Source of the DNA: Acidobacteriota bacterium
GTDB lineage: Bacteria > Acidobacteriota > UBA4820 > DSQY01
Reading direction: 5' to 3'
Assembly: GCA_049967655.1 (NCBI GenBank)
Contig: JBMFSH010000003.1
Coordinates: 32,001-96,000 of the forward strand
Length of the DNA stretch: 64,000 nt
Shown here: one piece after another, positions 31,506-41,549 of the stretch
How positions within the stretch are numbered: position 1 is the stretch's first letter
Layout of the letters: every line of letters begins with the position of its first letter
Translations under genes and position numbers: made by a program
Notes under the pieces: generated by a model
Seen by the model: only the letters and a program-made list of their open reading frames with translations
Told to the model about the DNA's origin: nothing
Database searches by the model: none

Positions 31506-32114
31506 TCAGCCGCGCGCCTTCTGGTAGCGCTGGTTGATGACGTCCCACCGGAGCGTGTTCCACCACGCCTTGATGTAATCGGCGCGACGGTTCTGGTACT
31601 TGAGGTAGTAGGCGTGCTCCCAGACGTCCACGCCCATCACGGGGAACTTGCCCTGCATGAAGGGGCTGTCCTGGTTGGGGGTGGAGATGACCTCCAGCTT
31701 GCCGTCGCTCAAGACGAGCCAACCCCACCCAGAGCCGAAGTGGCCGCCGGCGATGGCGTTGAGCCTCTCCTGGAAGGCGGTGAAGCTGCCGAAGGTCTTG
31801 TCGATGGCGCCGGCCAGATCGCCGGTGGGAGTGCCGCCGGCGTTGGGGCCCATGATCTCCCAGAACATGGTGTGGTTGGCGTGACCGCCGCCGTGGTTGC
31901 GGACGGCCGTGCGGATGGCCTCGGGCACCTTGTCGATGGCACGAAGAAGATCCTGAACCGGCTTGCCCTGCAAGTCGGGGTGCCCCTCCAGGGCCTTGTT
32001 CAGGTTGGCGACGTAGCCGCCGTGGTGCTTGTCGTGGTGGATCTCCATGGTCGTGGCGTCGATGTGGGGCTCCAACGCGCTGAGGGCGTAGGGAAGCTTG
32101 GGAAGCTCGTACAT
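31506..32114 (-). CDS. sodA: Superoxide dismutase, Mn-type signature
   Basis: [44 protein letters not shown]. Confidence 0.95.
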   Translation of the reverse strand: MYELPKLPYALSALEPHIDATTMEIHHDKHHGGYVANLNKALEGHPDLQGKPVQDLLRAIDKVPEAIRTAVRNHGGGHANHTMFWEIMGPNAGGTPTGDLAGAIDKTFGSFTAFQERLNAIAGGHFGSGWGWLVLSDGKLEVISTPNQDSPFMQGKFPVMGVDVWEHAYYLKYQNRRADYIKAWWNTLRWDVINQRYQKARG

Positions 32115-32239
32115 CTTTTGTTCCTCCTTGCAAGTGGCGCCCAATGAGAGACAGGCGCCGTTTCTCCCCGCCTGGCCAACCGGGCGGGACCTCGGTTCGA
32201 GTCGTTCACAGGGACTGATTAACGAAGGCGGAGAGGGCT

Positions 32240-33265
32240 TTATTGCGGCAGGCCGCCGGCCGTGGCGGGGGAACCCGCCGGTTGGAGCCCAAAGCGGCGG
32301 CCCTGCCAGCTCCGCCGCCGGGCGAGCTCCTTCCGGATGGCGCCGAGGGTGGCCCGCTTGTCGGCGCACCAGTCGGGGGCCAGGAGGAGTCCGCCGGGCC
32401 GTTCGCCGGTGAGCCGGTGGATGGTCACCTCGGGGGACAGCGCCTCGATGGCGTCGGCGGCCAGGCCGGCGTAGGCCTCCCTGGAGAGGAGGGGGAGCCC
32501 GCCGGCCTTCCACGGCCCCTCCAGCGCCGAGCCCCTGACCACGTGCAGGGGGTGCAGCTTCACCCCCCAGGGCCTCAGCCGCGCGGCCTCGGCCAGCGAT
32601 TCCCGCACGGCGCCTTCGCCCTCGCCCGGAAGGCCCAGAATGAGGTGGAGGACCACCGGGACACGGCGCGCCCGCAGGGCCTCCACGGCGGCGACCGTGG
32701 AGGCGTGGTCGTGGCCCCGGTTCAGCGCGCGAAGCGTGGCGTCGTGGCGGCTCTGCATGCCCAACTCCACCCAGAGCAGGCGCCCCCCCGCCCACCGTTC
32801 GAGAACGGCCAGGAGCTCCGCCGGGAGGCAGTCGGGCCGAGCGCCCAGGGCGAGGCCGATCACCCCCGGCACGGCGAAGGCCGCCGCGAGCATAGCCTCC
32901 AGCTTCCCGGCCGCCACGCCGTAGGTGGCGGTGTAGGCCTGGAAGTAGGCGATGACGCCCCTCTCGCCGCGGGCGAGGCCCCGAGCGGCCAGCCGGCGAA
33001 GCCTGTGGGCCCAGGGTTCGCCCGGGAGGAGGTCGCCCGGGCCGCTCCCGCTCGGGTCGCAGTAGGCGCAGCCGCCCACGCCGAGCGTGCCGTCACGGTT
33101 GGGGCAGGTGGCCCCGGTGTCCAGGCTGGCTTTGCGGACACGGCCGCCGAATCGGGCCTTCAGCTCCTTCGAGATCCAGTGGATGGGGTCGGCGGCGTTC
33201 GGAAGAAAAGGGGGGGCGGAAATGGTGGATTGGGGACTTGGGATCAGGGAATTCGGCCTGCCCAT
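32240..33265 (-). CDS. TIGR01212 (YhcC/YtqA-like) radical SAM protein (start uncertain)
   Basis: TCPNRDG..G.GGCAYC, YFQAYT.TY, RPDC, ELGMQS, VKLHPLH, HRLTGE. Confidence 0.9.
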   Translation of the reverse strand: MGRPNSLIPSPQSTISAPPFLPNAADPIHWISKELKARFGGRVRKASLDTGATCPNRDGTLGVGGCAYCDPSGSGPGDLLPGEPWAHRLRRLAARGLARGERGVIAYFQAYTATYGVAAGKLEAMLAAAFAVPGVIGLALGARPDCLPAELLAVLERWAGGRLLWVELGMQSRHDATLRALNRGHDHASTVAAVEALRARRVPVVLHLILGLPGEGEGAVRESLAEAARLRPWGVKLHPLHVVRGSALEGPWKAGGLPLLSREAYAGLAADAIEALSPEVTIHRLTGERPGGLLLAPDWCADKRATLGAIRKELARRRSWQGRRFGLQPAGSPATAGGLPQ

Positions 33266-33279
33266 CCTTCATCCCTCAT

Positions 33280-33673
33280 CATGCCTGTCCAAAATAGATC
33301 GCCCTGCCGGCTCCGGACCACGGCTGGGTCTAGGCCGCGCCTTCAGCGCGGCGCTGGGGGCTTGGTCCGGGCGCGTCCACGCGAGCGTGGCCGCGCTCCG
33401 GCCGCAGGCCCTCAGCCGCCCTTCGGGCGCCAGCCCCAGCTGATCTAATACGAACCGTCCCCCCACCCTCCACGGGTGCGCCGGCGGCGACGGACCTCCT
33501 GCTGCGTCAAGCTTCGGCGTCCGCATCCTCAGCGTACAGGGAGTACGCTTGCGGTGCGGCCGCCTCGCTTTCCTGGCATGAGGCCCATCGGCGCCGGGAC
33601 GCCGCTTTTCGCTTCCAGCGAAAAGCGAAGCCAACTGCTCAACCGTAAGCTGAAATTATTTTGGACAGCCATG
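33280..33673. mobile_element. MITE family 2 (IS4-like ends), 394 bp
   Basis: 17-bp TIRs CATGCCTGTCCAAAATA / TATTTTGGACAGCCATG (1 mismatch); 9-bp direct repeat ATCCCTCAT at 33271-33279 and 33674-33682. Confidence 0.88.
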
Positions 33674-33685
33674 ATCCCTCATCTA

Positions 33686-34456
33686 TCACCCCTCATCCTT
33701 GAAGACAATCGGCGTGGCATCGACGCCTGAGGGCGGGGCGTCGTCGATGTGCCGGATCCCCTGGGCGTCGATGTACATGTAGAGGACCCGCAGGACGGGC
33801 TTCTGGAAGCGCCGGGCCAGGTAGTAGCGGTCGTAGTCTCCGGGCGAGGCCAGAAGGGTCTTGGCTTCCTGCACCAGGTGCGGCCGGCCGTAGTCGGCGA
33901 GGATCTGGAAGACGTAGCGGACCGTCTCGGCGTAGGGGGGGATCTTCATGCCGTACTGCTGCACCGCGTTCTCGCCCGAATTGTAGGCCGCCAGCATGAG
34001 GGGCAGGTTGTCGCCGAAGAGCCCCTTGAGGTAGGCCAGGTAGGCCGTTCCGCCCTTGATGTTCTGGTCTAGATCCCAGGGGTTGTTCACGCCGAACCGC
34101 TTGGCCGTGGCGGGCATGAGCTGCATGAGGCCCACGGCCCCCTTCTTGGAGAGAACGTTGGGCCGGAAGTCCGACTCGGCCCGCACGAGGGAGGCCACGA
34201 GGTTGTAGTCCAGCCCCTCGCTGCGGCAGGCGCTTTCGAGCTTGGTTCTGATCTCGCGGCGCTCCCTGCTGCTGATGGGAGGCAGCGGCGCCGAGCGCGA
34301 GGGGGAGCCGCGAAGGGCCTCCGCCGAGGCCGAACCGCGGTTGGTGATGACGATCTGCCCGTTGCTGTCGTGCTCGATGCGGATCTGGGCGCGGGCCGGC
34401 AGGGCCGCGCCCGCCAGGGCGGCGCAGAGTAGCAGGAGGGACGCCGGGTGCCTCAT
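33686..34456 (-). CDS. Soluble lytic transglycosylase (SLT domain)
   Basis: Signal peptide; AESDF, GAVGLMQLMP.TA, AAYNSGE, PPYAET. Confidence 0.92.
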   Translation of the reverse strand: MRHPASLLLLCAALAGAALPARAQIRIEHDSNGQIVITNRGSASAEALRGSPSRSAPLPPISSRERREIRTKLESACRSEGLDYNLVASLVRAESDFRPNVLSKKGAVGLMQLMPATAKRFGVNNPWDLDQNIKGGTAYLAYLKGLFGDNLPLMLAAYNSGENAVQQYGMKIPPYAETVRYVFQILADYGRPHLVQEAKTLLASPGDYDRYYLARRFQKPVLRVLYMYIDAQGIRHIDDAPPSGVDATPIVFKDEG

Positions 34457-35529
34457 GCGTCGCCTCCCGGCCAGTTGTTTCGGGCGAGCTGGCCGCAGGC
34501 CGCCAGGATGTCCCGCCCCCGGCTCTTGCGGATGCTCGTGGGCACGCCGTGGCGCAGGAGCACCGCCTGGAACGTGCGGGTCCTCTCCCCGTCCGAGGGT
34601 ACGAAGGGGAGGCCCTCCGCTGCGTTGAACTGGATCAGGTTGACCTTCACCTTCAGCCCCTTGGCGAACCGAGCCACTCCCTCCGCATCCTCAGGTCCGT
34701 CGTTCACGCCTCCGAGCAGGACGTATTCCAGCGAGATGCGCTCCCGGTTCCGCCGCGAGAGGTCCTGCAGGAGGGCGCGCAAGCGCTTGAGGTCGTACCG
34801 GGCGTTGATCGGCATGAGGCGCGTGCGCAGGCCGTCCAACGGGGCATTGAGCGAGAGGGAGAGCCTCGGGCAGACGGTGCTCTTGGCGAAGGCCTCCATC
34901 TGGTCCGCGAGGCCGGAGGTGGAGACGGTGATCCGCCGCCAGGAGATGGCCAGACCCTCCTCGTCCTCCAGGATGGCTAGGGCCGCCTCCAGGTTGGCCC
35001 GGTTGGCCATGGGCTCGCCCATGCCCATGAAGACGACGTTGTATCCCACCTCGCGGATGTCGGTGCGCTCCTCGAGGACGAAGAACTGGCCAAGAATCTC
35101 GCCGGGGGTGAGGTTCCGCCGGAAGCCCATGCGGGCCGTGAGGCAGAAGGCGCAGCCCACGGCACAGCCGACCTGCGAGCTGACGCAGACGGTCCTTCGG
35201 TTCCCGTCGGGGATGAAGACGGCCTCGATGGCCTGGCCGTCCGAGAGGCGGAGCAGGAACTTCCGCGTGCCGTCGGATGAGAGCTGTTCGCCCGTCACCT
35301 CCGGCAGGTCGGCGCTCGTCCGGGCGGCCAGGGCGGCGCGGGCCTCCTTGGGGAGGTTGGTCCAGGCGAGGGGATCGAGCACCCGCCGGCCGTAGATCCA
35401 GCGGTAGATCTCGGAGAGCTGAAAGGGCTTGAGGCCCAGGCCGTCGCAGAGGGAGGCCAGCCCCTCCCGGTCGAGTCCGACCAGGGGCACCCTTCCCTCC
35501 TGCTCGCGGGTCGCCAGCGACAGGCTCAA
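34453..35529 (-). CDS. rlmN: 23S rRNA m2A2503 / tRNA methyltransferase
   Basis: TTG after GAGGAGG; CVSSQVGCAVGCAFC, VFMGMGEP, STSG, AACGQL. Confidence 0.95.
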   Translation of the reverse strand: MSLSLATREQEGRVPLVGLDREGLASLCDGLGLKPFQLSEIYRWIYGRRVLDPLAWTNLPKEARAALAARTSADLPEVTGEQLSSDGTRKFLLRLSDGQAIEAVFIPDGNRRTVCVSSQVGCAVGCAFCLTARMGFRRNLTPGEILGQFFVLEERTDIREVGYNVVFMGMGEPMANRANLEAALAILEDEEGLAISWRRITVSTSGLADQMEAFAKSTVCPRLSLSLNAPLDGLRTRLMPINARYDLKRLRALLQDLSRRNRERISLEYVLLGGVNDGPEDAEGVARFAKGLKVKVNLIQFNAAEGLPFVPSDGERTRTFQAVLLRHGVPTSIRKSRGRDILAACGQLARNNWPGGDA

Positions 35530-35602
35530 AGGCGCCTCCTCACCTTCCCATGTATAGCGGATGTTGACCCGGCATGGCAACGGCGAAGCCCGCTCACGCC
35601 CC

Positions 35603-36097
35603 TCACCTTCCGCCGCCGGCGCCTCCCCCCGTGCGGGGGCGCATGCGGATCTCGGTGCCGCGGCGGTTGAAGGAGACCTCGCCCATGAGATGATTGATCA
35701 GGAAGATGCCCCGGCCCCGGTCGCGGAAGAGCTGCTCGCCCACGACGGGGCTTGGGACCTTGCTCGGGTCGAAGCCGGCGCCGGGATCCCGCACGACGAT
35801 GAGCATGCCCCTCTCCGGATCGCACTCGACGCCGATCTGGACGCACTGGTTCGGATCGCCGTGGCAACCGTGCAGGACAGCGTTGGCCAGGGCCTCCGAG
35901 AGGGCAAGGCGGATCTCGTACTCCTGGTCGCGCGCGCAGCCCAGCTCCGCCACCACCTTCATGATGCGCTCCACCACCGGAGGGATGGCCGACGGCACGC
36001 CCTGGATCGTCATATCGAGCCTGAGCCTCAGCGCATCCGCGTCGAACTCGCAGGCCGGACGAGGGCTGGGTTCACCGCTTCCTTTTTTCCGTGCCAT
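35603..36097 (-). CDS. RsbW-like anti-sigma factor / HATPase_c protein
   Basis: LALSEALANAVLHG, VRDPGAGFD, GRGIFLI. Confidence 0.88.
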   Translation of the reverse strand: MARKKGSGEPSPRPACEFDADALRLRLDMTIQGVPSAIPPVVERIMKVVAELGCARDQEYEIRLALSEALANAVLHGCHGDPNQCVQIGVECDPERGMLIVVRDPGAGFDPSKVPSPVVGEQLFRDRGRGIFLINHLMGEVSFNRRGTEIRMRPRTGGGAGGGR

Positions 36098-36200
36098 GGA
36101 GCTCGCTCCTTCCTCTCATCTTAGCGCGAAGAGCGACAGCCATGAAGAGGCCCCGGCGCCTGAAGAGAGGCGAGGTGTGGGCGGGGGAGAAGAGCCGTCG

Positions 36201-36947
36201 CTAAGGGAGGTCGAGAACCGGGTCAAGGCCGGACTCGGCGGCGAGGAGGCGGTCGAGCAGGGCCGAAAGGCGCCCCTGGCCCACGAGCCTGGGCGGGGCG
36301 GCGGGCGGCTGCGCCGCCGGATTGGCAACCCACCAGGCCGGACATCCCAGGCCGGTGGCGGGCCGGATGTCGGCTCCCCAGTCGTCGCCGGCCATGAGGC
36401 ACTCCTCCGGCTCCCGGCCGAGAAGGCTGAAAATCTCCCTGTAATAGGCCGGGTGCGGTTTGCAGGCGTGCATGGTCTCGTAGGTGGTGACCAGGGCGTA
36501 TGGAAACCGCTGGACGCCCACGCCGGCCCACTCCAGCCGCTGTTCGATGGCGGTGCGCGGGAAGAGGGGGTTGGTGGCGATGGCCACCTGGAGGCCCCGG
36601 CCGAAGGCCCACTCCACGAGCCGAGGGGCTTCGGGCACGGGGCGGGTGAGGGGGCGGAGCTTGGGGAACTCCTCGGCGTAGAAGCGCCGGATGACCGGTT
36701 CGAGCTGGGCGCGCTCCCGGCCGACGGCGGGGTAGAAGGCGGAGGCGAACAGCTCCTCGTTGGTGGCCCCGGTGCCGTCGTTGGCGGCCATGACGCGGGT
36801 GGCGTTCAGCAGCTCGTTGACCAGGCGCCTGGGCGGGACGTGGTTCGAGAGGAAGCCTCCGAGCGCCTCTAGGTAGGCCGGGACGAAGAGTTCCATGCTG
36901 TTGCCGAGAAGGGTCCCATCCAGATCCAGCAGGAGGACTTTCAGCAC
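36201..36947 (-). CDS. HAD-superfamily hydrolase
   Basis: LLDLDGTLL, ATNP.FP, KPHPAYY, MAGDD; GTG after GGAGGAAGG. Confidence 0.9.
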   Translation of the reverse strand: MLKVLLLDLDGTLLGNSMELFVPAYLEALGGFLSNHVPPRRLVNELLNATRVMAANDGTGATNEELFASAFYPAVGRERAQLEPVIRRFYAEEFPKLRPLTRPVPEAPRLVEWAFGRGLQVAIATNPLFPRTAIEQRLEWAGVGVQRFPYALVTTYETMHACKPHPAYYREIFSLLGREPEECLMAGDDWGADIRPATGLGCPAWWVANPAAQPPAAPPRLVGQGRLSALLDRLLAAESGLDPVLDLP

Positions 36948-37072
36948 GATGCGCCTTCCTCCGTCCGATGGACGGTCTCGTGGCGTGGCCGCCATGGTCT
37001 GCCGTGAGCCAAGTCCGCGGGCTCTCCGGGAAGGATATCCCGAAGGGCCCTCCGCCGCCAGGCCAGCCGGGG

Positions 37073-37309
37073 GCCCAATCCCGCGATGGAGTGAGGAGAA
37101 GGCGGGGCAAGGCTCATCCGGCCATGGATCGCGAGCTAGGGCAGCTTACCTGAAAGGGGCCGGCCTTTCATCCCGTCCCACTCAATTGCTTACTCGCTTA
37201 ATCGCTTAATTGCTTAATCGCCTAATTGCTTACTCGCTTAATCGCGATGGGGAAGTCGCCGTCAGGGGACAGCTCCCACATCGACGGGAATTGCATTGCG
37301 GAATTTGGG
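37073..37309 (-). mobile_element. MITE family 1, copy B (inverted, expanded internal octamer array)
   Basis: Reverse complement begins CCCAAATTCCGCAATGCAATTCCCG and aligns with copies A and C. Confidence 0.8.
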
Positions 37310-37542
37310 GGGCAATGTGGCACGATTGGGAGAGAAGACTCGCATTTGGTCCACCGCGGCGTGAAGGCTTAAAATCATTCCCATCCGGAAAGTCCGGATG
37401 GGCGAGGTGGAGGGTTGAGCGTGGAGGGCGGAGTGCCAGCCAAGCGTTTGATTCTGCGCGGGCTGCTTTCCCCCTCCGCCCTCCATCCTCAAACGGCTTT
37501 TCTGGATGGACACTAAACTATTTCTCCGCTTGGGAGGAGACC

Positions 37543-38859
37543 ATGCGCCGTAAGACCCGTTTCCCCCGGTTCGCCCCCTTGCGTTGGGGCCTCGTCCTGG
37601 CCGCCTTTGCCGTTCTGGCCTCGGGGCCCGCGCCTTCGGCCTGCACCACCGCGGTCGTCACGGGCGCCGCCACGGCCAACGGTCGGCCCCTGCTCTGGAA
37701 GAACCGCGACTCGGACGACCTTCATAACCAGGTGGTCTACTGCGACGACGGGCGGTATCCCTACGTCGGGCTGGTGGACACGGGAGACGCGGCGGGCATG
37801 CAGATCTGGGCGGGGATCAACTCGCAGGGCTTCGCCGTCATGAACTCGGCCTCCTACAACCTGGGCAAGGGCGAGACCAACGGCGAGGGCGCCTTCATGA
37901 AGCTGGCCCTCCAATCCTGCGCCACGGTGCAGGACTTCCAGGCGCTCCTGGAGAAGACCAACCCGGGCGGCCGGGACGTCTCGGCCAATTTTGGCGTGAT
38001 CGACGCCAAGGGCGGCGCCGCCTACTTCGAGACGGGCAAGACGAGCTACAAGCGCTTCAACGCCGACGACCCGGCCATCGCTCCGCAGGGCTTCCTGGTC
38101 CGAACCAACTACAGCGAGTCGGGCGACCCCGAATCGGGCACGGGCTTCCTCCGCCACGACAGGGCGGTGAGCCTGCTGGGCGAGCTGGCGAGGGAGAGGA
38201 AGCTCGACGCCCAGTCGCTGCTGGCGACGGTGGCCCGCGACACGGCCAACGTGCGGCTGGACTCCTTCCCCGCCGAGAAGCGCAGGCGCGGGGCTCCGGA
38301 GTGGGCTTACGTGGGCGACAGCATCAACCGCGCCATCACCTCGGCCGCCGTGGTCTTCGAGGGGGTCCGGCCGGGACAGGACCCCCGGCTGGCTACGGCG
38401 TGGGTGATCCTCGGCCAGCCCGTCACCGGCGTGGCGGTTCCCCTCTGGGTGGCGGCGGGCGGCGTCCCCTCCGAGCTGGGCGTCTCGCCCGAGGCGGCCT
38501 CCCTCAACGAGGCCTTCGGCGACGTGGGCGACGTGCTCTATCCGGACCAGAGAGGGGAGCTGAAGAACTACCTCTCCGTGGATGCCCTCTCTAATCCCAA
38601 GACGGGGCTGCTGGCTGGCCTGGTCGCCACGGAGGCCCTGAACTTCCGGCAGGAGGGTGAGGCGGTGGGGCGGTGGGCCGCGAACTTCCCGGCGCCCTCC
38701 GAGGTTCTGGGCCTGGAGAAGGCCATAGCCCGCGAGAGCCTTCAGGCGGTGAAGAAGCTGCTCCAGGAGCGGCAGGAGAAGGTCCCCACCCAGCCCAGGC
38801 CCAGGCATCGCCAGCCGCCCCCGAAGCCGGCCCTCAGCGTTGCTCCGCTGGCATCGTGA
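37543..38859 (+). CDS. Secreted Cys-nucleophile Ntn-hydrolase (C45/C69-like)
   Basis: GGAGGAG SD; signal peptide ending SA/CTTAVV; GRPLLWKNRD, G.NS.GFAVMN, NFGVIDA.GGAAYFE, RTNYS. Confidence 0.8.
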   Translation: MRRKTRFPRFAPLRWGLVLAAFAVLASGPAPSACTTAVVTGAATANGRPLLWKNRDSDDLHNQVVYCDDGRYPYVGLVDTGDAAGMQIWAGINSQGFAVMNSASYNLGKGETNGEGAFMKLALQSCATVQDFQALLEKTNPGGRDVSANFGVIDAKGGAAYFETGKTSYKRFNADDPAIAPQGFLVRTNYSESGDPESGTGFLRHDRAVSLLGELARERKLDAQSLLATVARDTANVRLDSFPAEKRRRGAPEWAYVGDSINRAITSAAVVFEGVRPGQDPRLATAWVILGQPVTGVAVPLWVAAGGVPSELGVSPEAASLNEAFGDVGDVLYPDQRGELKNYLSVDALSNPKTGLLAGLVATEALNFRQEGEAVGRWAANFPAPSEVLGLEKAIARESLQAVKKLLQERQEKVPTQPRPRHRQPPPKPALSVAPLAS

Positions 38860-38971
38860 AGGGATGGAAACAGAGAGACAGGGAAACAGGGAAGAACTTC
38901 TTGCTTCTTCCCGCCCCATCTGTCTTGGTGCCTTGGTGTCTTGGTGGTGAGTCTTCTCTTTTCAGGCGGCT

Positions 38972-39682
38972 CTAGAACCCCAGGGGCTCCCGCTGCCTGG
39001 TCTTGAGGAGGCTGAGGAACTCCTTGCGGCGACGCTCGTCGCGCTGGAAATCCCCCGTGAAGGCGGTGGTGGTGGTCTGGCTGGCCTGCTTCTCGACGCC
39101 CCTCATGGCCATGCAGAGGTGGAAGCCCGTGGCCAGAACGGCCACGCCCCTGGGGCTGATGATCTCCTCCAGGCTGTCCGCGATCTGCTTGGTGAAGCGC
39201 TCCTGCACCTGAAGGCGCCGGGCGAAGGCGTCCACGAGCCTGGGGATCTTGGAGAGGCCGATGATCTTCTCCCCCGGGAGGTAGGCCACGGAGACCTTGC
39301 CGAAGAAGGGCAGCAGGTGGTGCTCGCAGAGCGAGTAGAACTCCACGTCCCGCACCAGCACCAGCTCGCGGTAGTCCTCCGCGTCGAACACGGCTCCGTT
39401 GACGATGTCGGCCAGGTCCGCGTCGTAGCCCGAGGTCAGGAAGCGCATGGACTTCGCCACGCGCTTGGGCGTCTGAACCAGCCCCTCTCGGGAGGGGTCC
39501 TCGCCCAGCTCTTCGAGCATGCCCCGACTGAGGGCCTCCAGGCGGTCCGTGTACCCCTCCGTGAGGGGAAGCCCTCCCGCCAGGGAGAGGGCCGCGGCCC
39601 CGAGCGACCGGTGTTGCGCCGCGACGTCCTCAGCGGCGAACGATGGCCGTGTTGCGATCGGTTTCTTGAAGTCGGATTTCAT
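38972..39682 (-). CDS. folE: GTP cyclohydrolase I
   Basis: [42 protein letters not shown]; overlaps the upstream gene by 53 nt. Confidence 0.95.
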   Translation of the reverse strand: MKSDFKKPIATRPSFAAEDVAAQHRSLGAAALSLAGGLPLTEGYTDRLEALSRGMLEELGEDPSREGLVQTPKRVAKSMRFLTSGYDADLADIVNGAVFDAEDYRELVLVRDVEFYSLCEHHLLPFFGKVSVAYLPGEKIIGLSKIPRLVDAFARRLQVQERFTKQIADSLEEIISPRGVAVLATGFHLCMAMRGVEKQASQTTTTAFTGDFQRDERRRKEFLSLLKTRQREPLGF

Positions 39683-40037
39683 AGAGTCTCCCGGCGGAAA
39701 TCTTGGGGTCCAAGACCTCCCAAAAGGCCACGGCCAGATTCTCGGCCGTGGGGATGACCCCCTCCAGAAAGGGGACGTCCATGTTGAGGTTCTTGTGGTC
39801 CACGCGCTCGATGATCTCCCTCTCGATCAGGGCCTTCAGCTCCTTCATGTCGAGGATCATTCCGGTCTCCGGGTCCACGGGCCCCTCCACCGTCACCTCC
39901 AACAGGTAGTTGTGTCCGTGCCCGTTGAGGTTGGAACAGAGACCGAAGATCTCCCGGTTGCGGGCAAGGGACCACTCGGGCCGGTGGAGCCTGTGGGCGG
40001 CCGAGAAGTGGCTCTTGACGGTCAACAGCGTCCGCAT
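39630..40037 (-). CDS. 6-pyruvoyl-tetrahydropterin synthase (QueD/PTPS family, Cx5HGH type)
   Basis: [34 protein letters not shown]. Confidence 0.9.
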   Translation of the reverse strand: MRTLLTVKSHFSAAHRLHRPEWSLARNREIFGLCSNLNGHGHNYLLEVTVEGPVDPETGMILDMKELKALIEREIIERVDHKNLNMDVPFLEGVIPTAENLAVAFWEVLDPKISAGRLYEIRLQETDRNTAIVRR

Positions 40038-40275
40038 GACGACCTCCATCCGCGTAGGCGAGCAAGACACATACCAACGGCCCCACCCTGGGCTCCGGGC
40101 ATTCTCCCCTTGTAACAAAGTACCGGGGGTCAGGCAAGGCGTGCGCGTTTCAGCGGGGGAGGAGAGGCCTGCGCCCGCTGCCTCCTCGGGTTCCCGCGTG
40201 CAACCTCGCCGCCTCCTGGTTTCAAGCCCGCAACGCGGAGGGGGCGGAAATCCAGCGGATGCGGGCTCCTAGCCC

Positions 40276-40291
40276 TGGCACATCGCTTGCT
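40276..40291 (+). promoter_or_regulatory. Sigma-54 promoter upstream of the peroxiredoxin
   Basis: TGGCACATCGCTTGCT, near-consensus TGGCAC-N5-TTGC. Confidence 0.75.
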
Positions 40292-40356
40292 TTGAGTTAG
40301 GCGGGGGTGGTCCCCAAGCGTACCCAAGGTCGCAACGACAGCAAGGAGGAGATGGA

Positions 40357-40944
40357 ATGAGTCTGGTTGGACAAAAAGCTCCCGAATTTACTCTGGATGC
40401 GGTGGTCAACGGCGATTTCGCCCAGGTGAAGCTCTCGGATTTCAAAGGCAAATACGTGGTCCTCTTCTTCTACCCGCTCGACTACACCTTCGTCTGCCCC
40501 ACGGAGATCACGGCCTTTGCGGATAGCTACGAGGAGTTCAAGAAGCTCGGAGCCGAGGTGCTGGCCGCATCGGTGGACAGCAAGTTCGTCCACCTGGCCT
40601 GGCAGAAGACGCCTCGCAAGCAGGGCGGCCTCGGGCCCGTGCCCTTCCCGCACCTCTCCGATCTGAACAAGAGCCTGGCGAGGGACTACGGCGTGCTGCT
40701 CGACCCCGCGGGCGTGGCTCTGCGCGGCCTCTTCGTGATCGACGAGGAGGGCGTCGTCCAGCACGCCACCGTCAACCACCTGGGCGTGGGGCGCAACGTG
40801 GAGGAGACCCTGCGCACGCTTCAGGCCATTCAGACCGTCAAGAAGACGGGCGAGGTCTGCCCGGCCAACTGGAAGCCCGGCGGCGAAACCATGAAGGGCG
40901 ACGTGAAGGGCTCCCTCGAGTACTTCGAGAAGCACTCCAAGTAA
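40357..40944 (+). CDS. Typical 2-Cys peroxiredoxin (AhpC/Prx1)
   Basis: [29 protein letters not shown]. Confidence 0.95.
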   Translation: MSLVGQKAPEFTLDAVVNGDFAQVKLSDFKGKYVVLFFYPLDYTFVCPTEITAFADSYEEFKKLGAEVLAASVDSKFVHLAWQKTPRKQGGLGPVPFPHLSDLNKSLARDYGVLLDPAGVALRGLFVIDEEGVVQHATVNHLGVGRNVEETLRTLQAIQTVKKTGEVCPANWKPGGETMKGDVKGSLEYFEKHSK

Positions 40945-41549
40945 CCGACCGGGCGGGAGGGGAGCGCCCTTTCCGCCCGGAGCCTGCCCCCGCTGGGTTG
41001 ATGAGGGGCAATGGATGATCGGTGATGGGCGAGGCTTTCTCTCCACCTTTCTCGCTCTGACCCCTCCGGCACCCACGGAGTTGGTTCTCGGCGAAGGGCG
41101 TTAACTCCAGCTGCAGCAAGGGTTCAGGCCTTCGAGACGGGTCTCCGAGGGGGCACCGGACTCAACCGAAAGTATGAGTGTCGGACTCATACTCGAGACT
41201 GAAGACAACGGCTCGGGCGCGCCCTAATGTGATCTCATCGCCTTCGGGCGGCGGCCGGAGAGAGCCGGGGTTCTGGTGGGGTTCCCCGCTGGGTTCGGCC
41301 GAGGTGGTTTTCGCGGCGCGGGTCAAGGCTCCACCCCTCTCTCCCTGGGGACCTCCCGCACCAGCGAAAGCCGCCGCGAAGCAGGGGGACCTTTTCGGAG
41401 GTCCCCCGAGCGCGTTTAGGGGGATCTCTCCCGCAATCGCGCGCCTGCGCGCCGTGGCGGCCGCCGTCAGACGACGACCAAGCCCGCAGGACTCTCGTCC
41501 CCGGGGGTGCGGCGCGCTCTCACGATGTGTTTCGAACCCGACGAAGAGG

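Noticed and set aside
40150..40205. GCCTCCTCG resembling an HDV-like ribozyme core
   Set aside because: No GG for P1.1 after the putative P1 and no recognisable J4/2; a simple CAGCGGG/CCCGCTG hairpin explains it
41027..41225. Firm 6S RNA, tmRNA or c-di-AMP riboswitch call
   Set aside because: Only partial motif resemblance; required partner strands and tRNA-like ends not found, so kept only as a candidate finding
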